Origin: Tubiluchus corallicola
Taxonomy: Eukaryota; Animalia; Priapulida
DNA length: 64,000 nt
Direction: 5' to 3'
Assembly: GCA_030141605.1 (NCBI GenBank)
Contig: JAQGDQ010000535.1
Location: 85,762 to 149,761 of the forward strand
Shown here: piece after piece, positions 53,401-64,000 of the stretch
Layout of the letters: every line of letters starts with the position of its first letter
Numbering within the stretch: position 1 is the stretch's first letter
Position numbers and translations under genes: made by a program
Notes under the pieces: generated by a model
Databases searched by the model: none
The model's input: only the letters and a program-made list of their open reading frames with translations
What the model was told of the DNA's origin: nothing

Positions 53401-55887
53401 TCCTCTCACTGACTGGGTTCCATCCTATTAGTGTCTTTGCTGCCTCTTTGTTCAGCATCAGACCAACACCTCTCTGGTGATCCTCCTCTGGTCCTGAATA
53501 CAGAAAGGTTGTTTCTCCACTCTTGATGTTTCCGCTTCCTGTCCATCTCACTTCCGTTACGCCTAAGATACTGAGTTGATAGTTGTTGAATTCCCGGATA
53601 ACTTGGGCCATTTTTCCTGTTTGGAACATTGTTCTTACATTCCAGGTGCCAATTTTTGTCACCTTTGTGGCACTCAGTATAGAGTTCTTCATCGGATGCT
53701 GGGCTTCCTCTCGGCTTTGACCTAGCATCGTCATAACATGGGTCGAACTTTCTGCTTTGTGCTGATTTGTGTCAGTAGATTTGTTTCTGTCTGTTTCTGT
53801 AGCAATTGAGAACTTTTACAGGATAGGGGTGCTAACCCTAAGCCCAACCCTTCTCCTCTCTCAACCGGGCTTGGGACCGGCTATGGCGGAGTTGATAATA
53901 AATGCTAATGTAAATTAGGGTAATATAAGAGAAATTTATTACCTTGGAAATATAGCTTTTTCCTCCGAAGACAAGACAAAGAATGCCAAAAAATAGTACT
54001 AATCCCAGTGTAAAACGCATCTTGAAGAAGTGCTGAAATTTTGGCGGCTAAAGATTTTTATAGCTACCCAGGGATTAAGACGACTGAATTGTTACACGGA
54101 CGTTAACGTACACGCTTAATTGTTCTCGTTACGCGGACGTTATAGTACACGTCGCGTTTCAGATATTGAGCAGCGGAAATTTTTATAGTGTGTACTCCAA
54201 CGCGAGTGCGAAATATGTCACTTCCAATCCGAGTGTGTACTTTAACGGCAGAGTAATGTGGTTCAGTGCTAATCCGTTGAATTGTAAAAAGACACGACGT
54301 TGTTAATAAGAAATTTCCAACTGATGTAATTAAAACAGAATTTAAAGAAATTAAGACTGCGGGCCTTACAATAGCTGTGTTTAAACTTTAAATTTCTAAG
54401 TTTCGTACGCTTGAGAATCGAACATCGTAAGACGTAGCCTATAAGCCTATAATTGTACTGCCGCCTGAACAACCATGGATGTTTAATAAATTCGAAGCCG
54501 CCGCAGCCTGCCTCAGAGGTTTACCGCTTTGGTAGTACAGCTGAGCAGAATCGGTACCAGATGTAATATCAAGCACTTAATGATTTTAATGAAAAGCAGT
54601 AAAATAGAGGGCAGTGTTTCGAGATAGTTATGATTTTGCTAACTAAGAGTTTTATAGTTCACAATAATAATAAAAATTTCATTTAATATTTTAGTATACA
54701 AGTTTATATTGCACAATGTTTTTCATACCACGTAAAGTATATCGCTTAATATTGTAAATCTTCTCACATAACTAATTGTTAACTTAACTAATTTGTACTA
54801 CAAACTAAAAAAAATTATATAGGGCTAATTACAATATGGGCTTAACGTTTAAACCGTACAATAAGTTCGTCTATGTACATCTTTAGTGCTGCCCATTACT
54901 ATCAAATTACAATAGAAGATACAATGAGAAATAAGTTTAACATACACACAGTGGGTTTGATGGAAATCACTTATAAACGCGGTTAATATAATCTCTTATA
55001 TTAATCCATTGTGCTCTACTCTGCTTACAACTTTAATTCAGCAAAAAGCTACAGGCTTTGCGTTAGTTAAACAAACAGTAGGCATGATGTTACGGGCTTT
55101 GCGTTATAAATGAGGACTAGGTAGGATGTTCGCGTATTATTGATTACACGTGTATTTATACGCAAAATCTTTTGCGGGGCGTTTGCTATTTATTATATTA
55201 TAGCACATAGTTTCAACTTTGTGAAAAATTTTTGGAATGGTTTTGTTGTAATGCTGTGCTGTTGGTGCTTGTGCTATAGGTGTCGTCATCGTTGCCACCA
55301 TCATCATCATCAACATCATGATCACCACGTGAGGTGGTGGATTTGATGTGGTGTGGTGGTGGTGTGCTTTGTGTGTTGTGCTATGGATGGTGTGGTGGGG
55401 TGATAGGGTGTGTGGGGTGTGGTGTGGGTAGTGTAGGTCGGCGGGAGAAGTAACTTAGAAAGAATTGGAAGAGAGCAGTGATATATAAAATGACAAATTT
55501 GAGCAGAAAGAAGAAGAAGAAAAATCAATGAAACAGAAAGGATTTGCAAATACTGTCTGACAATCGTTTGAATTCATATTTTTCTATTTTGTCTGTGCAA
55601 CACTTAAACTAACCCATGTTTTTGAGAAATGTTTTTGTCATGTTAACTCGTTGTATTTGTGCAAAATAAACTTGAATTGAATTGAACCGACAGCATAACT
55701 TACTATCATCTCCGTCGTCTGATTCTAAATAATCATACTTGTCGTCTGATAAGTCCGTATTCCACAAAGCTTTTTCGATCGAATTCCACACATAATACTG
55801 TACAAATCCGTCACAAAACTCTTCTTCGCTCAGGAAATAGTCATCAATAAAACCACAGTCTTCGGAAGACGTCGTCACGCGTTCCAT
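50489..55887 (-). CDS. Candidate small three-exon orphan gene hosting the RTE in its second intron
   Basis: Exon 55704-55887 (ACCATGG start, donor A|GTAAGT), exon 53943-54032 (TTTCAG| ... AAG|GTAATA, 90 nt), terminal exon from 50566 (TTACAG|) with AATAAA at 50455-50460. Gives a 98-aa acidic ORF, or from the ATG at 54020 a 51-aa ORF with a signal-peptide-like start (MRFTLGLVLFFGILCLVFG). No homology recognised. Confidence 0.4.
50740..52743 (-). CDS. RTE ORF, C-terminal part: reverse transcriptase
   Basis: Motifs KAAGEDQITAELLK, NWRGITL, QQAGFRKGRSC, FIDFKKAFDSV, GVKQGCIMSPFLF, LDFADDIALL, FSYLGS; uninterrupted to the stop at 50740. Confidence 0.92.
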   Translation of the reverse strand: MQMNRSAEEGVTEKKCGYKKKTWELIDERKKTKQMRDQAKTPESRSQANEQYQLADRAVKRRCRRDKNEWFEKKGEEAQLAASHNDTKTLYRIVKDLTGTGGTPAVPIKNKSGVTLTTTEQQNARWVEHFKKVLNQPNPTTLFNFENEIGQQQLDVRLDNISELEVETAIKKLKNNKAAGEDQITAELLKHGNKGITRSMTKLLNSCWEQQKVPEDWRNGVIVKLPKKGNLADCNNWRGITLMSIPGKVLSIVLLDRLRDAVDIRLREQQAGFRKGRSCCEQIFTLRNIIEQCMEFQQPLLINFIDFKKAFDSVHRQSLWKIASLYGIPQKFISTIQNFYQNSGCCIRTQEGNTEYFTIETGVKQGCIMSPFLFLLTIDFIMKKAVDGKDLGMQWKQQQRLADLDFADDIALLETSKESLQQLTTSMEKVAGKIGLRISQEKTKVLKVWTNQQNDVHITVGGQMVKNVTSFSYLGSVMTCNGGTENDIRGRIGKATAVFRKMGKIWTSKKIDMKIKLRLYNAIVLPTALYASETWKVTAELSKKLNVFHQKCLRKILKISYRDHVTNVEVLQRAQSLRLQDIVTERRMKLAGHILSLSESRYAKTAVQWEPPGGKRKRGRPKTTWRRSFKEDLRAVNIRWENVENEAADRTQWKMLSAQCASMRRKD
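52664..53734 (-). CDS. RTE ORF, N-terminal part: apurinic-like endonuclease domain
   Basis: Motifs IGTWNVRT, LGVTEVRW, IYAPT, LMGDMNAK, NEIDYICI, VGSDHHLV. The frame ends just after an A7 run (52680-52686) where A6 would join it to the RT frame (WIQE-KTWELIDERK). Confidence 0.88.
   Translation of the reverse strand: MTMLGQSREEAQHPMKNSILSATKVTKIGTWNVRTMFQTGKMAQVIREFNNYQLSILGVTEVRWTGSGNIKSGETTFLYSGPEEDHQRGVGLMLNKEAAKTLIGWNPVSERIITARIQSRHAKTTIVCIYAPTEDTDEQVKDDFYQQCQDVLKDIPSHDIILLMGDMNAKIDNNRHGLEHVIVPHGSAQETNNNGERLLMLCNLNGLCIGNTYFAHKTIHKKTWRSPDGNTQNEIDYICISKRWRSALKDVKVCRGADVGSDHHLVQGKVQLKLKKIQKPKITRPFAVENLKDQQKARSFELALSNKFEPLLQANDIEEQWKIFKEAVTAVADEQIGRRRGNRKEMWIQEKNLGIN
53843..53900 (-). ncRNA. 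Twister ribozyme (P1-type) motif at the RTE 5' end, probably catalytically impaired
   Basis: Minus strand reads C|AA-CUCC-GCC-AUA-GCCGG-UCCC-AA-GC-CCGG-UUGAGAGA-GGAG-AA-GGG-UUGGG. It matches the recalled twister core (GCCGGUCCCAAGCCCGG; P2 CUCC/GGAG; P4 CCGG/CCGG; pseudoknots CCC/GGG and GC/GC). Position 53852, normally the general-base G, is A. Confidence 0.85.
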
Positions 55888-58800
55888 GGTCGATGACAGA
55901 ACGCAGGAACGGTACGAGTTCGATTCTCGTGTTAAATCAAAATTGTTTTTCACTCAGATTGATCTGTGTACACCTGTGCCAGCTCGGTCGCAGCAGGATG
56001 TTGGTGTGTCAGTACTCAGTTCAGCTAGGTAACACCGCCATCATGCTTTGAGTCACAAGCAAACTAGTTCCGAGGACAGTGATCTGACATCTCCGCATAT
56101 TCACCTGTGTTCACTACCTCGTATGATTTACCTGTACAATTTACCTGTGCTCGCCGTTATACCTGCACGCTTGACTAGACAGCGAGTATTACCCCAGAAA
56201 TAACGATTCTTACGACATTTAAATACATTGTTCTTGTGTGTAGAACGTCAAAAAGCTAATTCAAACGTGATGTCTGTGGCATCCAGGCGATTTGCTAAAC
56301 CCTTTGCACACGTCTTACACAAGAAATTTGCCTATTAACTATGAACAATAATGATTGCAAATTGCCTATAGCATTGTCCAAACAAACGTCTAAAAATCCT
56401 GGCAGCTTTTCGAGAAATCCGTTCTGTCAGGATTAAAGTTCGGAAGTGGTACAAAGAGGAGCTGACAAATGAATTCTGGGATTGCCAAGATGGAAACACG
56501 TCGTTCTCGGGTTTCCGTAAACATGTAGAAATGTGCTGCGTTGTTTACTATTGATACTGCTACACTTGATCTCACGATCCAGTGGTAATAATGTCCGAAC
56601 TGACCTCCTTACACACTGGGTTAATTGAGGGTCTGATAGGTTTGAAACAAAGGTGCATTGCTAAAGGCATCACCTGCTCATAACAAGAGGGGCCAGATTT
56701 CGTGTAAATGGAAAACATATCAATCATTCACGCTGCTAACTACAAGAATAACCACTTATACTGTCGAGTTGTCTAAGAATTGTACTGCAATGGGTCAAGT
56801 TCTTAATAAAATCAGAAATAAAAGGGCAGAAGAAAAACAGGTTGCATCCATATTAACACCAGAGTCTTGCAATATCATTTTGAACGTAAGTTTAGACTAG
56901 TTCTAATGACTTCAAGGAATATGAAAAACAGGAGTTTCTCTTTCTACCGATTATTCTGTATAAATTATCCTTCTCTTCTGCATTGTGTCACGAGTTTAGG
57001 CAAACCCTGCTACTGCAACAGCGGTGCAAGTAGTTCGCAATTTCGCACGTCACAAATATGACAAAAAAACCCTTATAATGCACTCAGCACGCTTTATATA
57101 AAAACATATATTATAACCTAAAAAGGTTGGAGCACGTGTACATTTTACGTAATAAAGGCAATCAATTCATCAAAAGGCGTTTTATATGACTGTCAAAAGT
57201 CAGCAGTCTAACCTAAAATCAATGTTTACGAAAAATGTATAACTACGCCCATGCCTGCGTACGAACCATAAAACTACCATATTGCAAATGAGGAGTATAA
57301 AATGGAATGAATTGACTTTTGCACACTTAACTCAAGAGACTGTTGGTTGGCACTGAATTACTTGTCGTGTTTGGCCAATCTCAAGAAATTTCTTGTCAAG
57401 ACATGCTCACAGAAAGGATGCTAATTTTAAGTCGCATTGAAAAACAGGAAACTTGCTCGCAATGTAAATTCTACAAGTGTATTGAGCTCATTAAATGTCC
57501 CGCTAAACATAAGAAAACCCTCCATCTACATTGGCAGACAACTTGCATTGGTGAATTATCGCAAAAAATGTTAGAATAAAGTTGATATAAACTACAAATC
57601 AGCTCGGGAAGTTTCCTGTCGCGGACTGTTGCAGGTGTAAAACAGTCGCGGTGAACTTCAAACACTTGCTGAAGCCATATGCATAGGTAGAATCCAGTTC
57701 TGACCGGTTCTAACCTTGTAAAAGTAATATTTATGACCGTACGTGATCTTACTCTTGTAATTTACGTATTTTTAGGCATATATGAATGTTACAGATTGTA
57801 AAAGCTCGTTCTCGTCCTCGTCCTAACTCAATGGTATTGTATAGATACTGTGTTATAGAGAGCACAGACATTACCCCCCCCCCATTCTAGGCGGCTAAAT
57901 TATAGATTATTTGATTAGTTTAAATCGATAATTACTTTGATTAATATTGTTTGTTTGTTTGCACTGTTGTTTGTGTATGTAAATATGTAAAAAATATATA
58001 TTAGCATTGCAATTAATTGTTTATCTTTTTACAGTAGTTTAAAACACAAGTAAGTACAGTGTTCTGCATATAAATGTGTTTGGTTAATTTATAACGTACA
58101 ATACAAAAGGTATTTCACGAACTTCGGAGCATTCAGCGCTTCTCCCTCTTTAAAGTATGAAATTTTTCAACCTAGCCACCTTCTCTTTACATTTTCTATG
58201 TACCATGTAATATAATTTCTTTTCACACATATGAGACAAAGAATACGATTAGGCCCTATAACTACTGGTGGAATTTTTGTAACCCATTACACGGAATGAA
58301 AAACAGGTCTATTCGTCGAAATTTCATTAAGATTTAATCACTCCAATGCCTTTCGTTTTTGCCTTCTCAATTAATAATTTTTACACCACTTGCTTGACCT
58401 TTTTAATAGTATGCAGTGCTTATCTTACTGCAAGGTTTTAAATACAGCAGATATCTATGCATAGTAAATAGGTATATCTGTCCTGATATTCCATTAGTAG
58501 TTTCTGCAGTTAAATCCCTCCACTTACATAAAGCTTAAAAAATTCGTCTTGAAATTTTATACCACTTACATAATACTGCCTTTTTGCATACCGGGCTTGC
58601 GTCGACAGTAGCGCTGTATAAAATATGTTAATTTAAACTCCTGTGATAACCTTTAGATGCAGTCGTTTTAGCAGTAAGTCATTTAAAACAAGTTTAGAAA
58701 ACACTGAGTAAAGTTTGAAATAATAATCAGAGCATTCGTAGTGCACATGTCACAAACTAAGTAAAATTTTAAATTACTGTATCTTGTCAATAAAACTAAA

Positions 58801-60469
58801 AATACGTTTTTTGGTTAGTGAATGGCGCACCCCAGAGGGTGAGTTAACGACATTTTACCAATTGGTGAAAATATTTTAAAACTGTGATTAATAATTTTCT
58901 TTTTTAGTTACAAAAGTCTTTCTAACAGGTAAGCCAAATGCTAAGTAATATAATTTTGCATGCAAAGTTTTTTGGGACATAATTTAACATTTCCTTTTCT
59001 TCTCCTGATTACGTTGTGCGTATATGACGTCATGTAATGGCGCGATCGGAACAGTATTGCAGGAGATTTAAAAAGAAAACAAACAAAAAAATCTTTCAGC
59101 GCGAGTACGATATACCCAGAAAATTGCTATAAAGTAATAAAACTTCTTAAGGCGATTTTTCTGAACCTACTTCAGGTACCCCTTTTCTTGTCCTTTATTT
59201 TTCAAAAAGAACTGAAAATAGTAAACCCAGAAACAGAAATAGCTCTGGAATGTGTAATAAAGTGATGGAAAAACCTTGACTCACGATATGCGCCGGCAAA
59301 GCATCTTTTTTCGTATCTAGGGTAATCCAGTAATGGCTAACTATGAAATTAAGTTGTCGCTGGTAATCTGTTGATCACGTGACATTGCAGAGAAAAGTGA
59401 AAAATGCAAAAGAATCGACCTTGACCAGACGAACAAGAAGGGCCTCAGCTGGTAATCAGCTTACATACATTAACACGTCAGAGAAGCAGTTAGCTCATTA
59501 ACCAAGCGGCCACACAGCGAGAAAATATCATTAATTTGAATTTGTCATTTTCGTCAAAACTTGTGAAATTCGAAGTTTGAATGCAGCAAAAAAGTCAGAC
59601 ACTAGAGATCACTCAATAGAGGTGTAGATCACTGACCATAAATGAATCCACTGACTGATCTTGTGACCTCGACCTTTGACCTTGAGGTAAAAACAAGGGG
59701 TATAAAACAAAAAGGGAAAATTGAACTATAGTGTTACTGTAAGATATTCAGTGTATTTTACTAAAATTAGGCAAGTCTTAAGATAAAAATTGAAATTTTA
59801 AATGTAACGCTGTGCTCACGCATGAGCTCTCGAACATGTGCAGTTCATCACGAACTAACACATTTGAACTGAGAGGTACAGCACCTGTTTTTTGTGCAAT
59901 GCGTTTTCGAAATTCAGGCGCTAGTACCCGTCTAACTAGCGAATGGCGAAATGCATGTAAAAGCGAAGGACTAGTGGCGCGAACGTGAAATTTCATTTGT
60001 GTGGTAATAATTCTTTCACCTAAGTCATTTTAAAAAAAATAGTATGTTCCCTTTCAGTATTTTATGGGCTAGATTGTAAAAATCTATAGTTTAACTTGGG
60101 GCATGATTTTCTTTTAACACAGAATAACCGTAGCTTTTTGTATACTGTTAGTCGAAGGGTAATTTTGTATAATTTTGGACTGAGGCCATTGTTATGCTGT
60201 AGGTCTTATGGCCCTACTACCTAGACGATTATAAACGTGTCCGATTTTGTTCAAGTGAAAACCAGTGACACTAGTTTGCACGTGTCAGTTTTTTTAATTA
60301 TTCCACACGTCATAGTGACGTTTTCTACTTTTTCGCGATACATTGAAAGCTAGAATTTGTTTATACTTCATACATTTACTTACAACACAACTTAGCGACA
60401 AAAGTGCAGTTTGTCCCGGCCACTAAACGAAAAATCTACATGAAAATGTACAATGCATTGAGATAAGCC

Positions 60470-60972
60470 TATGCAATTCAATACTTTACAGAGTTTACCG
60501 GATTAATTCTCATTTGTTTAATTAATTTGACTATTGCCACCATCATCGCTGGACAATGTACTGAGGTAAGCCAGTCACAACAGACATAGACCTATTCAAT
60601 TCAATACTTTATAGAGTTTGCCGGATTAATTTTCATTTGTATAATTAATTTGACTATTGCCACCACCATCGCTGAACAATGCCCTGAGATAAGCCAGTGA
60701 CAACAGACATAGACCTATTCAATTCAATACTTCATAGAGTTTGCTGGATTAATTCTCATTTGTTTAATTAATTTGACTGTTGCTGCTATACTGTACAAGT
60801 ATATACTATACTACACTATACTACACTACACTACACTACACTACACTACACTACACTACACTACACTACACTACACTACACTACACTACACTACACTACA
60901 CTACACTACACTACACTACACTACACTACACTACACTACACTACACTACACTACACTACACTACACTACACT
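60470..60972. repeat. ~126-bp tandem duplication (2.5 units) followed by (CTACA)n
   Basis: Directly visible; source of the LHYTT pseudo-ORFs. Confidence 0.9.
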
Positions 60973-63900
60973 TGCACGGTGTACAAGTAAAGAAAACTTT
61001 AAAATAAAAATAACACAGCGAGAATATTTTGATCAAATTAACTTTGTTGAATAATGTACATATAATCTGATAAATGAGAAATAATCAAACTAACGATAAA
61101 ACTTTGGTGGGAAAGTAACATCCGTATTATTTTAAGAGCTTTTAGTCAAGCAGAAAATGGTATTTAGCCTGTTCTTCATTCAAATAAAATGTTGTTATAA
61201 AATACAGATCAAACATTGCACTTTGTATATCGCCGTAGTCATGTTTTAATTCTATTATATACGTCTCTTCCTGGATACTATAATATTATTTTACAAGAAT
61301 TTTGGGTCAACAACACGGTGTTGTAGCGATTTCTCTGAATATGTGCTCGATCGCTTCGTGTGGTATTCATGTGAAACGAACTTTAGAATTTCTTCTCGAG
61401 CCTGACAAGTGTTCAGAACTCAGAGGATTCTGATCAGCGTAGCACGCGCGCGCCACCTGTTGCAGAATATGAAAACTATGCGTTTTCATAAGTACGATTG
61501 AGATCACTCCAGCCGGAAAACGAAAACTGTTTTTACTGCTGCGAACAGGACAGTAATAAACAGAAACAGTAAATATTGCTACTGAAATGTAGAACAGTAA
61601 AACCTGCTACCGAAAACAGGTAAAAACAACAGAATGACTAATTTTCTATCAGTCAAAGAAATTCGTAGCCACGTAAGCTTCATTAATAGCGAAAATAGTG
61701 AACACGTTAAAATTAACGTATAACATATAAAACCGTAATAATTACGGCTGGGTTATATATAAGCAGTGTCATTATACGAAGGAAATCCTGGAAGAGCTTG
61801 AAACTATTGACAATTTAGTTATATTTTAACAAAGAAATGAATTTCATCTGGAAACAAGTTCAAACAACCCCTGATGTTATCGAGAAAAAATGAGACGCCT
61901 TTGAATAACTTGATTGTCCATGAAAGCCGAGAAATTCTGTTCATAAGATCAAAAGATGAAAAGCGAGTTCCAAGTAAAACCTCTTATTCATACAGTGACT
62001 AAAACACGTCAGTGTTCAAAAAGCAAAAGAAAGAACCACCACGCACCTGCTGCTATTAAAACATCCATTGTGATACGAAACCAATTACTCTGTAATAACT
62101 GGAAGATTCACATTCTTGGCATGCCGCGTGGACAGACTCTTATATTTATCCTAGAGATTGGAGTGTTGTGCAAGTGATCTGCTCAGAACACGTGTAGTTT
62201 TTCGTATTTTAGAAAGATAATTATTGTATCAGTTGCACGGCGCTATAATAAGTGGTTTACCTGCAACAACTTTCACGTTTACAATTCATTATGTTATAAA
62301 TTTTAGGACTTGGAACTCTACGTTTAGCCTGCTGTATGTCAGCGTAGCTTTTGTTATGATTAGTTCTGTACAGCATTGCTTGACATACTGTACTACACAG
62401 AAATACTATTCTGAAAAAATCGAAATACATGTAATAAGCCTTTTTACAGTTCCAGCGATTGATGATGATCGTGAAAAGGTCAAAGGTTAAGTGTACCAGA
62501 CAACGCATTTGTGTACACTTGACAACGCCTCGCAACCCATGCTGTTGTAGAAGCAATTAAGAAAAGAGGGGAATGCTAGTCACGGAACCTTGCCTAGTTC
62601 ATTTTTTCTTATTCCCAAGCAAGGTCATGCTAGTAAATCAATCTACGCACAGATTAATGCATAATTAAATAAAGTCCACGTAAAACAACTGAAGTTACTG
62701 AACTGAAGCCGCGGTCAGCTTTGCTTTACCCACATGTCACGTGACGGGTGTAGTTAAGACGCGTTGTGGTGATACACTTAACCTTTGACCTACAACAACT
62801 GCGCGTGCGCACAGAGAAGATGTGAAAAGACTTATTGGTTGTAGACAAGCCTTGTAGATCTGTACGATGAACTGATGATCCTATATTAGTGCTATTCTGT
62901 TCATTTTTGAAGCAAAACGACACATCTTGGACTTTTAAGGGAAATTTAAGTTTCAAAATAGCAACAGTAAATGAATCAGTTTAGTTACAAGGTTAAACTA
63001 TAACTGGATAATTGCCAGGTTTACATTTTCACAATACTACTAAGCCACGTAAAAGTAAAATGATTAAAAAGCAAATTCATTTTAATTTATCAAGCGCAAG
63101 ACTCGTTTTTCGCTCGGCTGGTGGCTCCACCAAGTCGTAGATCATTAACCTGATTCCGAGCTACTACATTAGTTCAAACTTTCCGCTAGCTAAATACGTT
63201 TTACCCGCAAATGAGGACTTGAAATTCTTACTCTAGTAAAATTGTACATATAAATAATAATAGTAACAAATAATAGTCTTTCCATCTTTTAAATCATCTC
63301 ATATATGAGCTTCATTCATTACATCAAGCCATTTTAAGCACTAATGTTTTTTATGATACAATTCACTTTAAATTTTCAGATTATTTCCATTACTTTTTTC
63401 TTTCACTGTGTGGGACAATCTAATAAGCCCTGCTTTTTGATTACCCGCAACACCATTTGTATATAGGTGAACAGTGTGTGAGGCTTTTTTTGCGTAGAAA
63501 CAAAAGTTTATTCGTATTATGTTCATTGTAGGCCCTTTCACTATATATTGTACATGAAACTATTGTAAATGTATGATGTGAAATAAATGACTTATTGTTC
63601 AGTTTTAATTAAAATCACAAATCAGCAAACAAAAGAATTCTAAGAACTGACAGTGAACGCTAAGCACGTAGATTTTCTAAAAGCAGCAGTATTTGCACAA
63701 AGATCGAAAAGCGCCTATCTATTTATTAGTGACATCGTTTAATTTAATGTGTCACACAATACGGCAGGTCATTATTGCAACAAGATCAACATTAAACGAT
63801 AGCAACACACGGCACAAGGCAAAGTGCGATTAGGCACGTGTGTGTGTCCACCTTGCAACAGGTGTAGCTCGTTTATCTCACCTGTGCAATCCTTTGTTCA

Positions 63901-64000
63901 TGACACGTGCCGCCACACATGACGCATCTAAACGATAACATTAGCACTTATTTCGACGCAAACACAATGAAACAGATGTATCGTGTAATACATAGGGTCC

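Larger units (their letters stand above)
50726..53893 (-). mobile_element. Near full-length RTE-clade non-LTR retrotransposon (APE endonuclease + reverse transcriptase), one frameshift
   Basis: Flanking direct repeat TTGATAATAA at 50716-50725 and 53892-53901; short 3' tail of TAAGG-like repeats right after the stop; a single-ORF APE-RT layout with no ORF1 and C-terminal RKRGRPKTTW...AADRTQW, typical of the RTE clade. Confidence 0.93.

Noticed and set aside
56384-56555. Open, CpG-richer stretch that might be an exon on either strand
   Set aside because: No recognisable motif and no convincing pair of splice sites.
57000-63800. Protein-coding gene in the right-hand 7 kb
   Set aside because: Only short ORFs without motifs, mostly overlapping dispersed repeats; isolated small exons cannot be excluded.

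Overview
AT-rich, intron- and repeat-rich animal (invertebrate-like) genomic DNA, not prokaryotic; most ORFs in the supplied track are exon fragments or microsatellite artefacts. Main content: (1) the first 17 coding exons (~1047 codons) of cytoplasmic dynein 1 heavy chain on the minus strand (35543 to 789, continuing beyond the left edge); (2) a two-exon gene for a signal-peptide/LRR/LRRCT protein with a GPI-like tail, nested antisense in dynein intron 9; (3) a complete six-coding-exon cytosolic sulfotransferase (SULT1-like) on the plus strand, with a probable GC-AG intron; (4) a near-intact ~3.17 kb RTE-clade LINE with target-site duplication, whose 5' end coincides with the cleavage site of a twister ribozyme motif in which the catalytic G appears replaced by A; the LINE lies in sense orientation in an intron of a candidate small three-exon orphan gene; (5) many MITEs (pogo/Tc1, hAT, piggyBac-like), LINE 3' remnants, a Penelope-type minimal hammerhead candidate, minisatellites and microsatellites. 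Three tandem arrays include splice junctions, and the splice signal is disabled or shifted in the extra copies. All calls were made by eye and from recalled family motifs; no searches were run.
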